Assembly: GCF_001194135.2 (NCBI RefSeq)
Contig: NC_068990.1
Location: 32,346,588-32,410,587 of the forward strand
Source: Octopus bimaculoides
Lineage: Eukaryota
Length of the DNA stretch: 64,000 bases
Direction: 5' to 3'
The notes under the pieces were generated by a model. That model had not been told where the DNA came from. It saw only the letters and a list, made by a program, of their open reading frames with translations, and ran no database searches. This document shows, in pieces, positions 38,213 through 51,018 of the stretch (position 1 is its first letter; each line of letters opens with the position of its first letter). The translations under genes and the position numbers were made by a program.

Positions 38213-41200
38213 TCATTTATTTAAAATATAATAGAAATAAGATGATCTTAATGTTATCACATTAGAATTAAAAGTGAAAAAATAAAAGTGAAACAATATT
38301 ATATCACATTACAATATAGATCCTATTCTTTCACTTTTGACACATAATACTGCACCAGTGCCAATGGTATATTGTTTTAATCCAAATGAAAAAGAAATTA
38401 CATGTTGACACTCATGGAGTCTGATACTATATACCTTATAAGATTTGATTTGATTTGGTTGAGCCATTTGAGAATGCATAGGGAACAAAAAGAGAGACAA
38501 AGAATTTTATATATGTAGGTAGATGAACATTTTCTATAACACATGGAGGAAGTCAACCACTATTACTATTTGAAAGATATTTACTTCTCAAGACAAACTA
38601 TCAGCAAATAATCTCTTTGTGCATTGGCTAGCCTGCATGTTTGTTTGTCTCACCAAATTGCAGCTGAGCCAAGAGAATCTTTACTAACTGTATACAATCA
38701 TTCTGCCATTTCTCAATGTAAATGCTTGATTGCTCATTTTCATTCCAACTTTCCTTTGCCATTATTCTTGTCTCATCAATATGTGCATACCACTAGAGAG
38801 GCATATTACAAGTGTATGGTTTTGATTATCTGAATCAGATGGATCAATGATAAAACATTTAACTGATGAGAATAGTCAGTATAGAAATGGAAGAGCTCTA
38901 ACCAGCTAGCTCACTTGAAGTACTAAGGCAGGGATGGAAAACTGTTTGTGTGGAAGGAGAACTGTTTGTGTGAAGACTAAAGACTACATTAAACTTGCCA
39001 CCAATAATTTAATTTAATTGCTGTCAATAATTTAAAACCTTTTGTCAATATTGTTTAAATCGGTGGCAGCTAGCATACAACTAAAGCACAGCATATTAAG
39101 ATAAATTTTTCATTCACTTACATCATCATCATTTGCTGTCAGCGTCGATACTGGCAAAGGCTTAATGGTTTGATTGTCTTTTCAAGAAAACAATCAACAT
39201 TATCATCAGATATAAATTTTCACCAAGTTGTATTTATATATCCCAGTATCTGTTTTGACATGGTTTCTGTGAGTGGTTGCTGCTCTTCTTAATGCTAGCC
39301 ACTTTACGGTGTACTCGGTGTCTTCTTGTAGCACCAGCACAAGTGAACATTGCCTTATTTTTAAGGTTGAAAGCCTAAAGTGGTCCCTGTAACTGAGAAA
39401 GAAGAGAGTGAGTGATGATTCTAGATAGTGGAGATGAGAAAGGACAAATGAGGTGAAAGGAATAGATTTATAGTTGTGACAAGATGGTAGAGGAGAGAAT
39501 AACAGTCGTAGTCATTAATTGGAAGGGGAGAAGATGGCAGGAAAAAGGGTTAATGACAAGGGGAGTAGAATGGTTTGTGTAGCTGGAGTCTAGGGCTATC
39601 CTGCCTTACAAGAATGAATATGGACAGAAGATATGTGGGAAAGGGAACAAAGAAGGAGCTGTAGACTAAGGTGCAGAGGAATAAAAATTTAATAACTTCT
39701 TTGAGATTACTTTTGGTGAGACAGCACTATTAAATCTGCTTGTAACATGGGCATTTTAAGTTTTGATTAGTTCTTCAGACACTCTCTCATCAGTGTTCTC
39801 AACAAATTCTAGATATATGTCAAATATGAGAATGAAGATTTTCACCAATATGATGTGGAAAAGCATGAAATCAGCAAACATGTTTGTGAAGTTGAAGGGA
39901 CCACCTTTTTCTAAATTTCAGTGCAATCTTCCGTACTATCAAATTTCTGGATAGTATCTTTAGATAATTAGCTCCATTTGTAACTTTCTGGTACCTGCAA
40001 AATAAGGCTGAAAAGCTATTGTCATGGTAATATCATGCTTTACAAAATCATTGAATCTTTGATTGAAAGTGATATTTTTTTAAAGACTCACAGTTATGCT
40101 CTTCATTTTCGTTAATTATTTTTGTGAACTGTAGAAAGCATTCTTCTGAAAGTTTCAAGTCAGTAATTTGGGATTTGATATCAACTTCTTTCTGCCACAT
40201 CATATGAAGAATTATTACCTTACACTGAAATTGCTGAACTCATTTTGTTTTGACTGTCTCACATACAAACGTAACATCTTGATTAAAAGAATTTGTATCT
40301 GATGATAATGCTGATTGTTTTCTTGAATAAAAAAAACTCAATTGTTTTCTTTCACAAAGATAAATTTTGACTAATACTTGTCCATACTATAACTAATGTA
40401 CTTTTGTATGATAGATAAATCTATGCTAATGATCTCATCATCATACTTACGTGCTGGACCTGGTGATGCCTTCTAGCATTTGCTTGAATATAGATCACAC
40501 AACTTAAAACTTTTTACAAAGTGTCCTTTAAAACAACAGATTTGACTCAAGTATTTTAATGATGAAAAATGCAATGAAAAGAAAGCAGTATATCTAGATT
40601 TGTGCATTGGATCAGAAAACTGCATTTGGATCTAAGAGTTCTGTTTTGTGCAATAAATCTTTCATTCTTGCCAGTCATAGATGCAGTACCATATGTACAC
40701 ACACCATGTTAGTTAAAATTTTAGTCCTATTTCATGATATTAATCTTTAAACTTATTGGAAAAGTCAATTCCTGATGTTCTTCTCTTAACTTTTAGTGTC
40801 CTACAGAAAACGTTTACTATCAAAAGCTGAGTCACATAATAAAAAAACTGAGTCACTGAGCAGAAAAATTCTTAATAGGTTTGTTTATTCAAATACTTAT
40901 AGTGTCTTTCTTTGTGGTCAGATTATTGTAAAAGTTGACTGTATTGTAGAACAGAGTTTTGTTTTTTAATGTAACTAGTCATTTGTGCTAAAAAATTATG
41001 TTGGCATAATTGGTTTTTAATTAATTACATAACTTCAAAAAATCAGGGAAGATGATGAAAAAAGATGTTAGTAAATTAAATGCAATTAATACCAAACACG
41101 GACATAAAAACATCACAAATAAAAATTGTTTTTCCCTAACCTTTTTTTATAGCTTATAAAATTTACAGGTAAGCTGAGTTACTTGCATCAGAAACAACAT

Positions 41201-41415
41201 AAACAAGTGTGTATGAATTTTAACAAATGGAGGAACAAAGTTAACTGCTTCTTTTTGTTCACTTGCAAATTAGGTTACTGGGTGATTGTGCCTCTCAAAA
41301 CTCAATGGAAAAAAAAAAATTTGAAACAAAAAATACTCAACAGCCTTCTCATCAAGTACTTTGTTTCATAATTAATAAATGTCTAACCATTCTTCAGGTA
41401 ATATATTGAGTCACT

Positions 41416-41634
41416 AAGGCAGCGAGCTGGCAGAAACGTTAGCACACCAGGTGAAATGCTTAGCTGTATTTCGTCTGTCTTTACGTTCTGAGTTCAAATC
41501 CCGCTAAGGTCGATTTTGCCTTTCATCCTTTCGGTATCTGTAAATTAAGTACCAGTTGTGTACTGGGGTCGATCTAATCGACTGGCCCCCTCCCCCCAAA
41601 ACTTCGGGCCTTGTGCCTAGAATAGAAAAGAATG
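41416..41634 (+). mobile_element. SINE family B, full length with 12-bp TSD
   Basis: TSD TATTGAGTCACT at 41404-41415 and 41635-41646. Confidence 0.92.
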
Positions 41635-42871
41635 TATTGAGTCACTTGAAAAATTTGACAACTCCAAGTCAGACATCAATTGTATGCACAGAAGAAAGAG
41701 GTAAATCATTCTGGTTATCAACTCCAAAGCTNNNNNNNNNNNNNNNNNNNNNNNNNNNNNNNNNNNNNNNNNNNNNNNNNNNNNNNNNNNNNNNNNNNNN
41801 NNNNNNNNNNNNNNNNNNNNNNNNNNNNNNNNNNNNNNNNNNNNNNNNNNNNNNNNNNNNTACTCCTGTTGTTCTGCTGAGTGTTTGAAACCACTCTGTC
41901 AGTTGAAAATGGGATAGACTTGAACAGGATTTTGTGGCTACCTACCAACTATTGATTTAGTAAATTAAAAAATATGATTCACTTAAAGGTATTTAAAAAT
42001 TGTAGTTCATCTGTTGCTGAAATATTGCTCCAAAACTTTGATAATGAGAATTCATTAAAAAATAAGGGTTTCTTTTGAAAATGTTTTATGGTCATCCACA
42101 GATAGAAGATTTGGTGAAATGGATTGGAAACATTAATTCCTGAAACAGAAAAAAAAAACTTCACTGCTGAAGGAATAAGTTATATTTCAGTTAAAACACT
42201 GAGTGTAAAAAGAAGGGAAACATCCCAGGAGCTACTGGCAGCCTAAAAGGTTTAAAGTTGTTGGTATTCTACAGTTTAGAATATTTTTTATTGACTTCAC
42301 ATTCTGGAAAGATTAATTTCTTCTGCTGTTTTGAATATCAAAACCTTCTTCCCAGGTACAATTGTAAATTAATCAAAGCTTAGAAAATGGTGTTAGAAAA
42401 GGAGACTTAGCATATGGTTATGATGCTGTGAACTACTCTTATAATTTTGTTGAACTTAGCAATCATAAAGAAGCAGATAAAAATGGATCACATTTTAAAA
42501 TTCAACTGGTGTAAGTAACACTTCATGGAAAAGTGTCTCCTACTATAGCCTCGAGTTGACCAAAGCCTTGTGAGTGGATGTGGTAGCCGGAAGACCATCA
42601 TATATATATATATATACACATGTACATCTGCATATATTGAGAGAGAAATAGAGGAACTGTAGTGTTGTCATTTATGAGTATCAACAATAGGGCCGAGGAA
42701 AAATAACTCAAGAGAGCATTCTGCATAATATATGGTTCTCATCTGAGTCTGCATAGATTCAAAATTACGTGATTGATTGTAGATAAAGCACATCCCCACA
42801 GGAGTGATGGCCTCAAATCAAAAGTATAGTGTGACCTTTGAGCAAACAAATTAAAAATCTTGTTTCAAATA

Positions 42872-43190
42872 GACATAGGAGTGGCTGTGTGGTTCTGGGT
42901 TCAGTCCCACTGTGTGACACCTTGGGCAAGTGTCTTCTTCTATAGCCTTAAACCGACCAAAGCTTGTGAGTGGATTTGGTAGACGGAAGGCCATTGTATA
43001 TATATATATATATATATAAATATGTATATATATGTGTATGTGTCTGTGTTTGTCATTCCACCATCAATGGTGTGTTTACGTCCCTGTAACTTAATGGTTT
43101 GGCAAAAAAGACTGGGGGTCGATTTGTTGGACTAAAGGCGATGCTCCAGCATGGCCGCAATCAAATGACTGAAACAAATAAAAGAGTAAA
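42872..43190 (+). mobile_element. SINE family A with internal deletions
   Basis: aggagtggctgtgtgg head, (AT)n middle, aaagagtaaa tail. Confidence 0.8.
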
Positions 43191-43867
43191 ACAGTAAATA
43201 AGTAACAATTTCAAAAAAGGAAGAGCATCTTGTATGCATGAAGCTAAGTATCTTTTGTGTAAGTACCAGCCTCTTTGATTTCTATTTTTTTTTTATTGTG
43301 TTCAAAAGTAAAAAAATGTTAGTTTCAAAGGTGTTAAAATAATTATTTAAAAACAAAAAAATTAGTTAAACATCATTGAAATTTCATAAAGGGACAGGTG
43401 TGACCTTGCTTGTATGATATTTAAATCCTGAATGCAATGATTAAAAATGGTTTGGAGTATTCACATGAGAGCCAGAAATGAAATGAAAAATGTGAGCTTG
43501 AAATGACTATTTTTATGCATAATGTTCAGAGGATTCTTAAAAAAAAAAAACATAAAAATGAGCATTTACTTGATAGTTTTTTTTTTTTGTCATCTTTCTA
43601 ATTATATTCAAACACCAGACAATTTAAGGGAAAATAGGCTTGAATTACCAGCTGAAAGAGCAGAAACATGAACAGAACACTGGCAATTTAGAACCTTTCA
43701 AGTATAATATATTAAAGAATATTTTTGCATATGGAGTCCTGTAATTTATCACTTCCCAGTGAATCAATAAAAATTTATCTATCTAGATATGTTTCTATCT
43801 ACACAAACCCATCTATATATAACATACATAGATACATATATGTGTGTATAAGTCTACATATATGTAT

Positions 43868-44100
43868 AGTTCGTTGCCAGTACCGCTGGACTGGCTCCTG
43901 TGCAGGTGGCACGTAAAATACACCATTTCGAGCGTGGCCGTTGCCAGTACTGCCTGACTGGCCTTCGTGCTGGTGGCACGTAAAGGGTACACGTGTCTGG
44001 AGTGCTCTGCCACGTTGATTTCACGAGCAGGCTGTTCCGTTGATCGGATCAACTGGAACCCTCGACATCGTAAGCGACGGAGTGCCAACAACAACAACAA
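43868..44100 (+). mobile_element. Chimera: RTE 3' UTR repeats fused to the 3' tail of SINE family C
   Basis: 43868-43982 matches the RTE UTR. 43983-44100 matches the tail of the SINE at 51019-51406, ending (CAA)n. Confidence 0.8.
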
Positions 44101-44399
44101 TATAGACATATAAATATTTTTATAAGCCTGCGAATATCTAAAAATATTTTAAAATATTTATAAATACATAACAGTAACTGTTATCGGCTCGATCAGTGTT
44201 GTACTGCGCCTAGTTAAAGTTCTCTATAAATAGGTAAAAGCAGATTTTTCCTTTTTACGATTACGTACGAATAAATAACTTGAGAAAATAACCACCTCTG
44301 ATTTAAGTTCGTGAAAAAAACCTACTGCTTGATAAAACAACCAGTCTGGTATTGAAAACATGAGTCTTGAACTATCTCGATAGACTGCAGTTAATCAAA

Positions 44400-44490
44400 G
44401 CTAATGCGTAATTTTATAACTTTTTGCGACCCACTTGGATTCCGTTCGCGACCCACTGATGGGTCGCGATTCATTGTTTGGGAACCACTG
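44400..44490. mobile_element. Terminus of a hAT/Charlie-like DNA element
   Basis: cgcgacccac repeats and terminal GTTTGGGAACCACTG (rc CAGTGGTTCCCAAAC). The partner end was not found. Confidence 0.55.
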
Positions 44491-45453
44491 CTATAGAGGA
44501 ATAAAAAGTTAGAGGTCAGAATACAAGCACTTGGAATATTTAAAAACATTTAGATATTTAAAAATCTACAAAAACATTTATAAGTACATAGGCATTTTAA
44601 AATAGAAGACGTCGATATGAAATAGGATATAGTAAATTATAAGTTCGTAGGATATGTTATAAGGACTAAAGATTTCAACCTAGAACACAAAGCGTGTGGA
44701 AAGTAGAAAGTCAGAGTTTTTACAGCCTTAAACGGACATACTAAAATTAGAGACAATGTTTATTGGATCCAAAAGTTTCATCGACGGGCCGTTTCTGAGA
44801 CGTCTCAGTTAATATTGACATGAATTTCATATTTTAAAAGAACCAGACACTCCCCCTCATCAGGATGTTATGTGACAACTCACATAATCAATTCCAACGA
44901 TTTCGATGCTCCACGACAGGTAAGACAATACAAAGAAATGACAACTCACGTTGCAACGACGTTGGAACGTGAGTTGTCATTTTATTGTATTGTCTTCATG
45001 GTGTCTTACCTGTCGTGGAGCATCGAAATCGTTGGAACATAATTATGTGAGTTGTCATTTTTTTTGTATTGTCTTCGTGGTGTCTTTCGTGTCGTTGAGC
45101 ATCCTGATGACGGGAGTGTCTGGTTCTTTTAAAATATGAAATTCATGTCGTATTAACTGACACGTCTCCAAAACGGCCCGTCGATGAAACTTTTGGATCC
45201 AATGAACATTGTCTCTAATTTTAATGTTTGTTTAAGGTTGTAAAATGTCTGACTTTCTACTTTCCACACGCTTTGTGTTCTAATTGAAATCTTTAATCCT
45301 TATAACATATCCTACAAACTTATAATTTACTATATCCTATTTCATATCGACGTCTTCTATTTTAAAATACCTGTGTATTTATTAATGTTTTTATATATTT
45401 TTAAATATTGCAAGTGCTTGTATTCTGACCTCTAAATTTTTATTCCTCTATAG
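44491..45453. mobile_element. ~963-bp palindromic fold-back element / MITE
   Basis: Termini CTATAGAGGAATAAAAA / TTTTTATTCCTCTATAG. The arms stay reverse-complementary to a centre at ~44959. Confidence 0.85.
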
Positions 45454-46499
45454 TATATCGTGTGAACTTATAATTCACTATGTTTTATATAATATCAACG
45501 TTTTTGTATCTTATGATGTGTATATTTTGTACTTATTTTAGTTGTATATTTTTAAAAATGCCTATGTATTTATAATTGTTTTAAAATATTTTTAGATATT
45601 TGCAGGCTTATAAAAATATGTATATGTCTATATGCTTGTATCTTCTATTATGTTGAGCTTTATTAATGTCGCAGTAAGTGTGCATATATATATATATATA
45701 TATATATTGAATATTCTGCTGGATAATAGGTTGTCCCTCTAGTTTACCGCTCGTATTGCCTCCACTCAAATTATAAATTGGAACTTAGCTCAAATTGAGC
45801 ACTTCGATTCTAGCCTGACTACGAGTATTGCTAATTAATAACAATATCTATAAAATAGTATAATTTATATACATATATATATATATATAATTATGATAAT
45901 AAGGATCCTTCTGATTTGGCGGACACCATTTGTTTTCTAACGAAACACTTTCAAACTTGGGATATTGGTAGAATATGCCATATAAAACATCTTTTTCTCT
46001 TAGCCTCGTTAAGAAAAGTTTCTGTATTCCAAGTTAATTTCATGTTAACAATTGTCGTATTTCGGTAATTTCAACCAATCACTGACGTCTATTGAGGTGA
46101 AAACAATTACTGCTGTGGTTTGTCAACAACACGTTCTGGCGGTGTAATGGGATCTTTTCCCTTGAATAAAATTACTGCCGTTGTTTGTCAACAACAACTA
46201 TTGGCGGTACTGTTACTTATGACATCGTTCGTGCGTTTGTACTGGTTTTAGCATTAGGGTTTTAGGGTTATGACTGATCAGAAGTTACCATTGGTTTTTC
46301 ACTTGTTATACTATTTGCAATATTGGTGACTCATCAGATGTGCTGGCTGGAGACACATAACCACTTTACTAATGGAAGTAAAAGAACAGTCTCATTGAAA
46401 CCCTTTCTGTGTGAGTTGGAATAATGTCCCTATGGTCATTTCCACTTGTGTCTGAAAAGGGTCAGTTTATGCATGATTTCTGTTCATTAGTCAACAAAT

Positions 46500-47122
46500 G
46501 AGGGAATTCCACGTTTTCAACACAAATTTTTTCTCATAAGGGCCCTGACTAAATATCTCGCTTTTGGAATTTAAGAAGGCCCCAAATCAAGTGATTTTTT
46601 TAGGATTTTTGCTTTCTCATCCATCTGCTCCTGTGGAAGTATGTATGGTATAGGTTGTTCCAGGAGCTTCCATTTAATCCTGTATAGCGTACTCTCTTTT
46701 AAATGCCACATGTATTTGACCAAAGATGTAACGTTGTGCTTCTCTGGGATCCTTTAACAGAACCTGTGATTATTTAGTCGCCACTTAAAGTGGGCATCCA
46801 TTGCTCCAACATATTTCCGTATAAGTGTCTTTATGTTATTTATTGGTGCTGCTGCTGCTGTTGTTGATACTGTTACTATCACTGCCATTGCTGCTGTTAC
46901 TGCTGGACACGTTGCTGGTGCTGCTGCTACCACTGTCATTGCTGTGATTACTGTTGGATGCATTGTTGGTGCTGCTGTTGTTGTTGCTTCTTCTATCATT
47001 GCCATTGTTGCTGTTACTGATAGATGCATTGTTGTTGCTGCTCTTATCTCACTGGTGGACACCACCTTTGCCTTATAGACCATGGCCTTGGAACTGCATT
47101 GACCATCCACCGGGCACCTCAC
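46500..47122 (-). mobile_element. Penelope-like element GIY-YIG endonuclease fragment (decayed)
   Basis: CPVDGQCSSKAMVYKAKV...KYVG...FKWRLNNH, then after a break SLVKYMWHLKE...YRIKWKLLEQ and LNSKSEIF, following the PLE endonuclease layout. Confidence 0.75.
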
Positions 47123-47499
47123 CTTTGTGCAGCGTTTATATATAAATATATATGTTGGGGAGAAGTATGTATAGAATGATAACAGTGCACTTTCTGATAC
47201 TCATAAGAGGCATGTAAGTGCTTCTACAGGAGGCTACTGAATGGGGGGTGGGTCTGAGAGAGAAGGGGAGAGGGAGAGAGAGAGTGCTTACTCCATGAAA
47301 ATCTAATGGAGGGACCAGCCATCCAAGTTGACAACTATAAGGTAGATAGAGCAATAAGAGATATAAAAGTAGGGAAAGCAACTGAACTGGGCCATCAGAG
47401 ATAATCACTGAAATGCTTAAAATATCTGGCAAATTAGGATAATGGTAAAGCAAGTAATAGAGCATAGCAGCAAAGGAGAAAGGGTGATGCACCAAAAGG

Positions 47500-48540
47500 A
47501 GATAACTCCTGAGGTAATCAAACAATTGGACCAAGTTATGAAAGTTACAGAAAAGGTCTCACAAAACTGATTAAGGACAAGATTAGTCTCTATGAGATGC
47601 AGTTTGATTTTGTCTTAGGAAGAGGCACCATTAATGCTGTATTCCTTGTCAGTGTTTGTAGGAGTAATACATGCTTCAGGGTAGGGCTATACCAGCTATG
47701 TATGAAGGGCAGTCAGCAAGATGAGAATCAAAAATGAATTCATGATGATGATGATGATCATCATTTAATGTCCGCTTTCCATGCTGGCATGAGTTAGATG
47801 GTTTGATTGGAACTGGCAAGCTGGGAAGCTGCACCTGGTTCCAGTCTAAATTCCCTGACGAATTTAGTGTGCAGGTTGAGGTACATCAGGGTTCAGTTCT
47901 CAGTCTCACTCCTTATAATTTTCCAAGCTACAACAGAGTAATTTAAGACCAGCTGCCTTCAAGAAATTTTGTATGCTAATGATTTTGCTCTTATAGCCAA
48001 ACTGACTGAAGACTTCCAGGCATGGAAGGAAAATCTAGAATTAAAAGGCCTTAAAGTAAATTTAGTAATTTAGTAAAAACAAAAGTTTTAGTAATGACCC
48101 TTATAGCATCAGAGAAATAGCTGTGTTCTATATAGAGAAAAGAAGTTGGTAGAATTTCCATTAAGTGTACCTGGTGGAAATAATGTACACCAAAAGGTAG
48201 ATTTCAAATGCAGGAAATGCACTGAGGCAGTAAGCCTAAGAATACTCTAGAAATAGATTCTCTCGTATGCCCAGCTGGCTCACTAGAAGTGGTTGATAGC
48301 TAGTGTGATAACTAGAATAAGAATGGAGAAAGATTAAGGAGCTGTTTAGCTTTGCTGGCAACAAAGGACTTATCCCTCAAAATTAGATGCTTGTGTGTGG
48401 AGTGTGTAACTGTATGGCAGTGAGGTGTGGGCTTTCATCATGCAAGACATGTAAAGGCTTGAAAAAAAAGAAGTAAGCATGCTTTGTTGGATGTGTATGA
48501 ATGAGAAGAGAGGCAAATTGGGCATAACAAATCACATCAC
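47500..48540 (+). mobile_element. Old, interrupted RTE-LINE RT fragments
   Basis: MQFDFVLGRGTINAVFL, LYANDFAL, WKENLELKGLKVN remnants with many stops. A reversed UTR piece sits at ~47745-47850. Confidence 0.65.
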
Positions 48541-49696
48541 AGTTGACTGAGTGGTCCTTAATCAGATGAAATTATGGAACATCTGAATTGCATGCAAACA
48601 TTTAACCAGCTCTCTCCCAAACCACAATTCCACTTGGACTGTATTAACCAGTGGGGTGAGGTCGACATTATCAATGACAACTCACTTCTATTTGAACAGT
48701 TTACACTGGTCACTTTCTACAGTTATTATTTAACTGAGAGAAAGGGAGAGAGAGAGAAGCAAAAAGAAATTTTTTATTCCCCCCCCCCCCCCGTTTTCTG
48801 ACTGACCATTCCATTGTAAAACCAGTGGACATTCACCTCAATACCCTTCTGTTTTAATGAGTTTTTCCTTTGGTTAAACAATGGAATTGAGACGTTAGTC
48901 ATTAGAATTGGCATTTCAACATGGTAAAAGCAAATGTTAGCATTCCTGTACAGAACAGAGAGAGGACTGGTTTGCACTTGTGCTAATTCTATTGGTTTCA
49001 CAACTGTAAACCAACTAACTTCTCTGTTGAAATAATGAGATGGTGGAAAGCCAATGAAAATTCGATTAAATTCTTCATGCCACAATCAGACAATCACATG
49101 TTTAATGATCTGATAATTACATTTCAGTTTTCTGAAATTGATTTTAGGTAAAAGAAAAAGAAAGTCGGGCGAAAGATTTCTGGATTCTTCATCAGTTTAA
49201 TTCCAATCAACATTGTAAATGGCAGAAGTCCATCAGCTATCACTTTATCCAATCAGCATTTGTGCGTATTTATAAACACCTTAGTTGGATTCTCTCACAT
49301 GCAATATTCATTTATTTTACACATTCAAGTGAGCAACTAAGTTAGTTGAATAGTATACTGGGTCATGAACCAGAATAACAGTGATTAATTTCTTATTATC
49401 AACACTGCACTGTCTGCAACCAAGATACTTCACTGCTTTCACTAGTCCAGTCTACACAATGATATGATTCACAAACATGGTGTAATGGAAAGTTGTAAAA
49501 TTTCTCCTGAGTGTAAATAGTGGATGTCTGGTATGAGGTGTCTATGTTGCATAAAGATGCTGTTTGTGTGCAAAACTTTATCAAATAGTGAAGAGTGGTA
49601 TGATATGCAATGCTGCACAAAGCACCGTAAAGTGACAAACTGAGTTCAATTTCTGGTTGGATCTGATTTATTTCAAATTACATTATTGATTCCATG

Positions 49697-49841
49697 GAAG
49701 GGCATCCAGCTGTAGAAACTCTGCCAAATCAGACTGGAGCCTGGTGTTGCCATCCGGTTTCACCAGTCCTCAGTCAAATCGTCCAACCCATGCTAGCATG
49801 GAAAGCGGACGTTAAACGATGATGATGATGATGATGATGAT
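49697..49841 (+). mobile_element. RTE 3' UTR end with (GAT)n tail
   Basis: Near-consensus match to other copies in the window. Confidence 0.85.
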
Positions 49842-49843
49842 TC

Positions 49844-50050
49844 TAAGGTGGCAAGCTGGCAGAGTCATTACCATTCTGGGCAAAATGCTTAGCAGCATTT
49901 TCTTTTGGCTTCATTTTCTGAGTTCAAATTCTGCCATGGTCAACTTCGCCTTTCACCCTTTTGTAAAAAAGTACCAACTGAGTACTGGAGACATTGTGAT
50001 TGACTTACCCACACCCACCAAATTTCAAGCCTTGTGCCTATAGTAGAAAC
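49844..50050 (+). mobile_element. SINE family B inserted directly after the (GAT)n tail
   Basis: aaggtggcaagctggcagag head and conserved body. Confidence 0.8.
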
Positions 50051-51018
50051 GATTATTAATTCCTTTCTGAAAGACATAACTGACAAAAATACCATTTCAC
50101 ACCACCTTACTTCATAGCCACCACTAATATTTGAAAAGACAAGTCCAAAATGTGGTTATTTGAAGTTTGTCCTCATTCAATTTCATTCATATTGCATGAA
50201 ATAATATTGTTTTCTGTTTGCAAAATTAATACCATTCAAACTATTTCGAGAAAAAATTAATTAAGCATGTGAAATATAATTTCTTTTTATTAAAATGTCT
50301 TATAAAGTTTTGATTTGTGCAAATGTGTACAGGATATTACTATTCTGTTGCAAATGTGTTTGGGATGCTATTGTCCAATTGGTTAATTCTTCCAAAATTC
50401 TTTTTGAAGTGTAAAAAAGTTTTCACCACATTCAATTTGGTCTCCAAAGATGCTTTATCATTAACTACTACTACTACTACTACTACTACTACTGCTGCTG
50501 CTGCTGTCCAAAAGTCTTCTATATGAGTTGCCATTGGAATGAATAAAGGGAATGGTAATTACCAAGATGAGCACAATTAAAACAATGCTTAGCGAATTGG
50601 CTTATCAAAAATTGACCAAGGAGCAAGAGATTTAAATTTCTGAGTTCAAATACTACTGAGGTTGGTTTCATCATTTAACTCTACTATTTCACAAGGACTT
50701 GTGAAATAGTAAGAACAGTTTAAATATCTTTGACATAAACTGACATCATTCTTAGACAAAAGGGATCTTTAGGTTAACTGATTTCTTCCAGTTGGATTGT
50801 ATGCATAATGGTTACTATACTTTGAGAAGTCTGAAGAAATGATTAAATCTTATGATGTTTTAAAGTCCATTCTTAAGTAATTCATATATTACAATATGAA
50901 CTTTGGGACACAACGGCACTGCCTGTATAGTTGTATCATATTTTCTGGCATACAAGTCAACATAATATATAAGTCAAGGTAGATTTTTTTTAGTCAGAAA
51001 ATCAATGTTTAAGTCTAT

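Noticed and set aside
46253-46269. TTAGGG telomere-like motifs
   Set aside because: Only two imperfectly spaced copies inside an apparent dispersed repeat; not an interstitial telomere array.
48774-49085. 103-aa minus-strand ORF with WHEEFN, faintly reminiscent of transposase motifs
   Set aside because: TTG start, no further motif or splice support; too weak to call.
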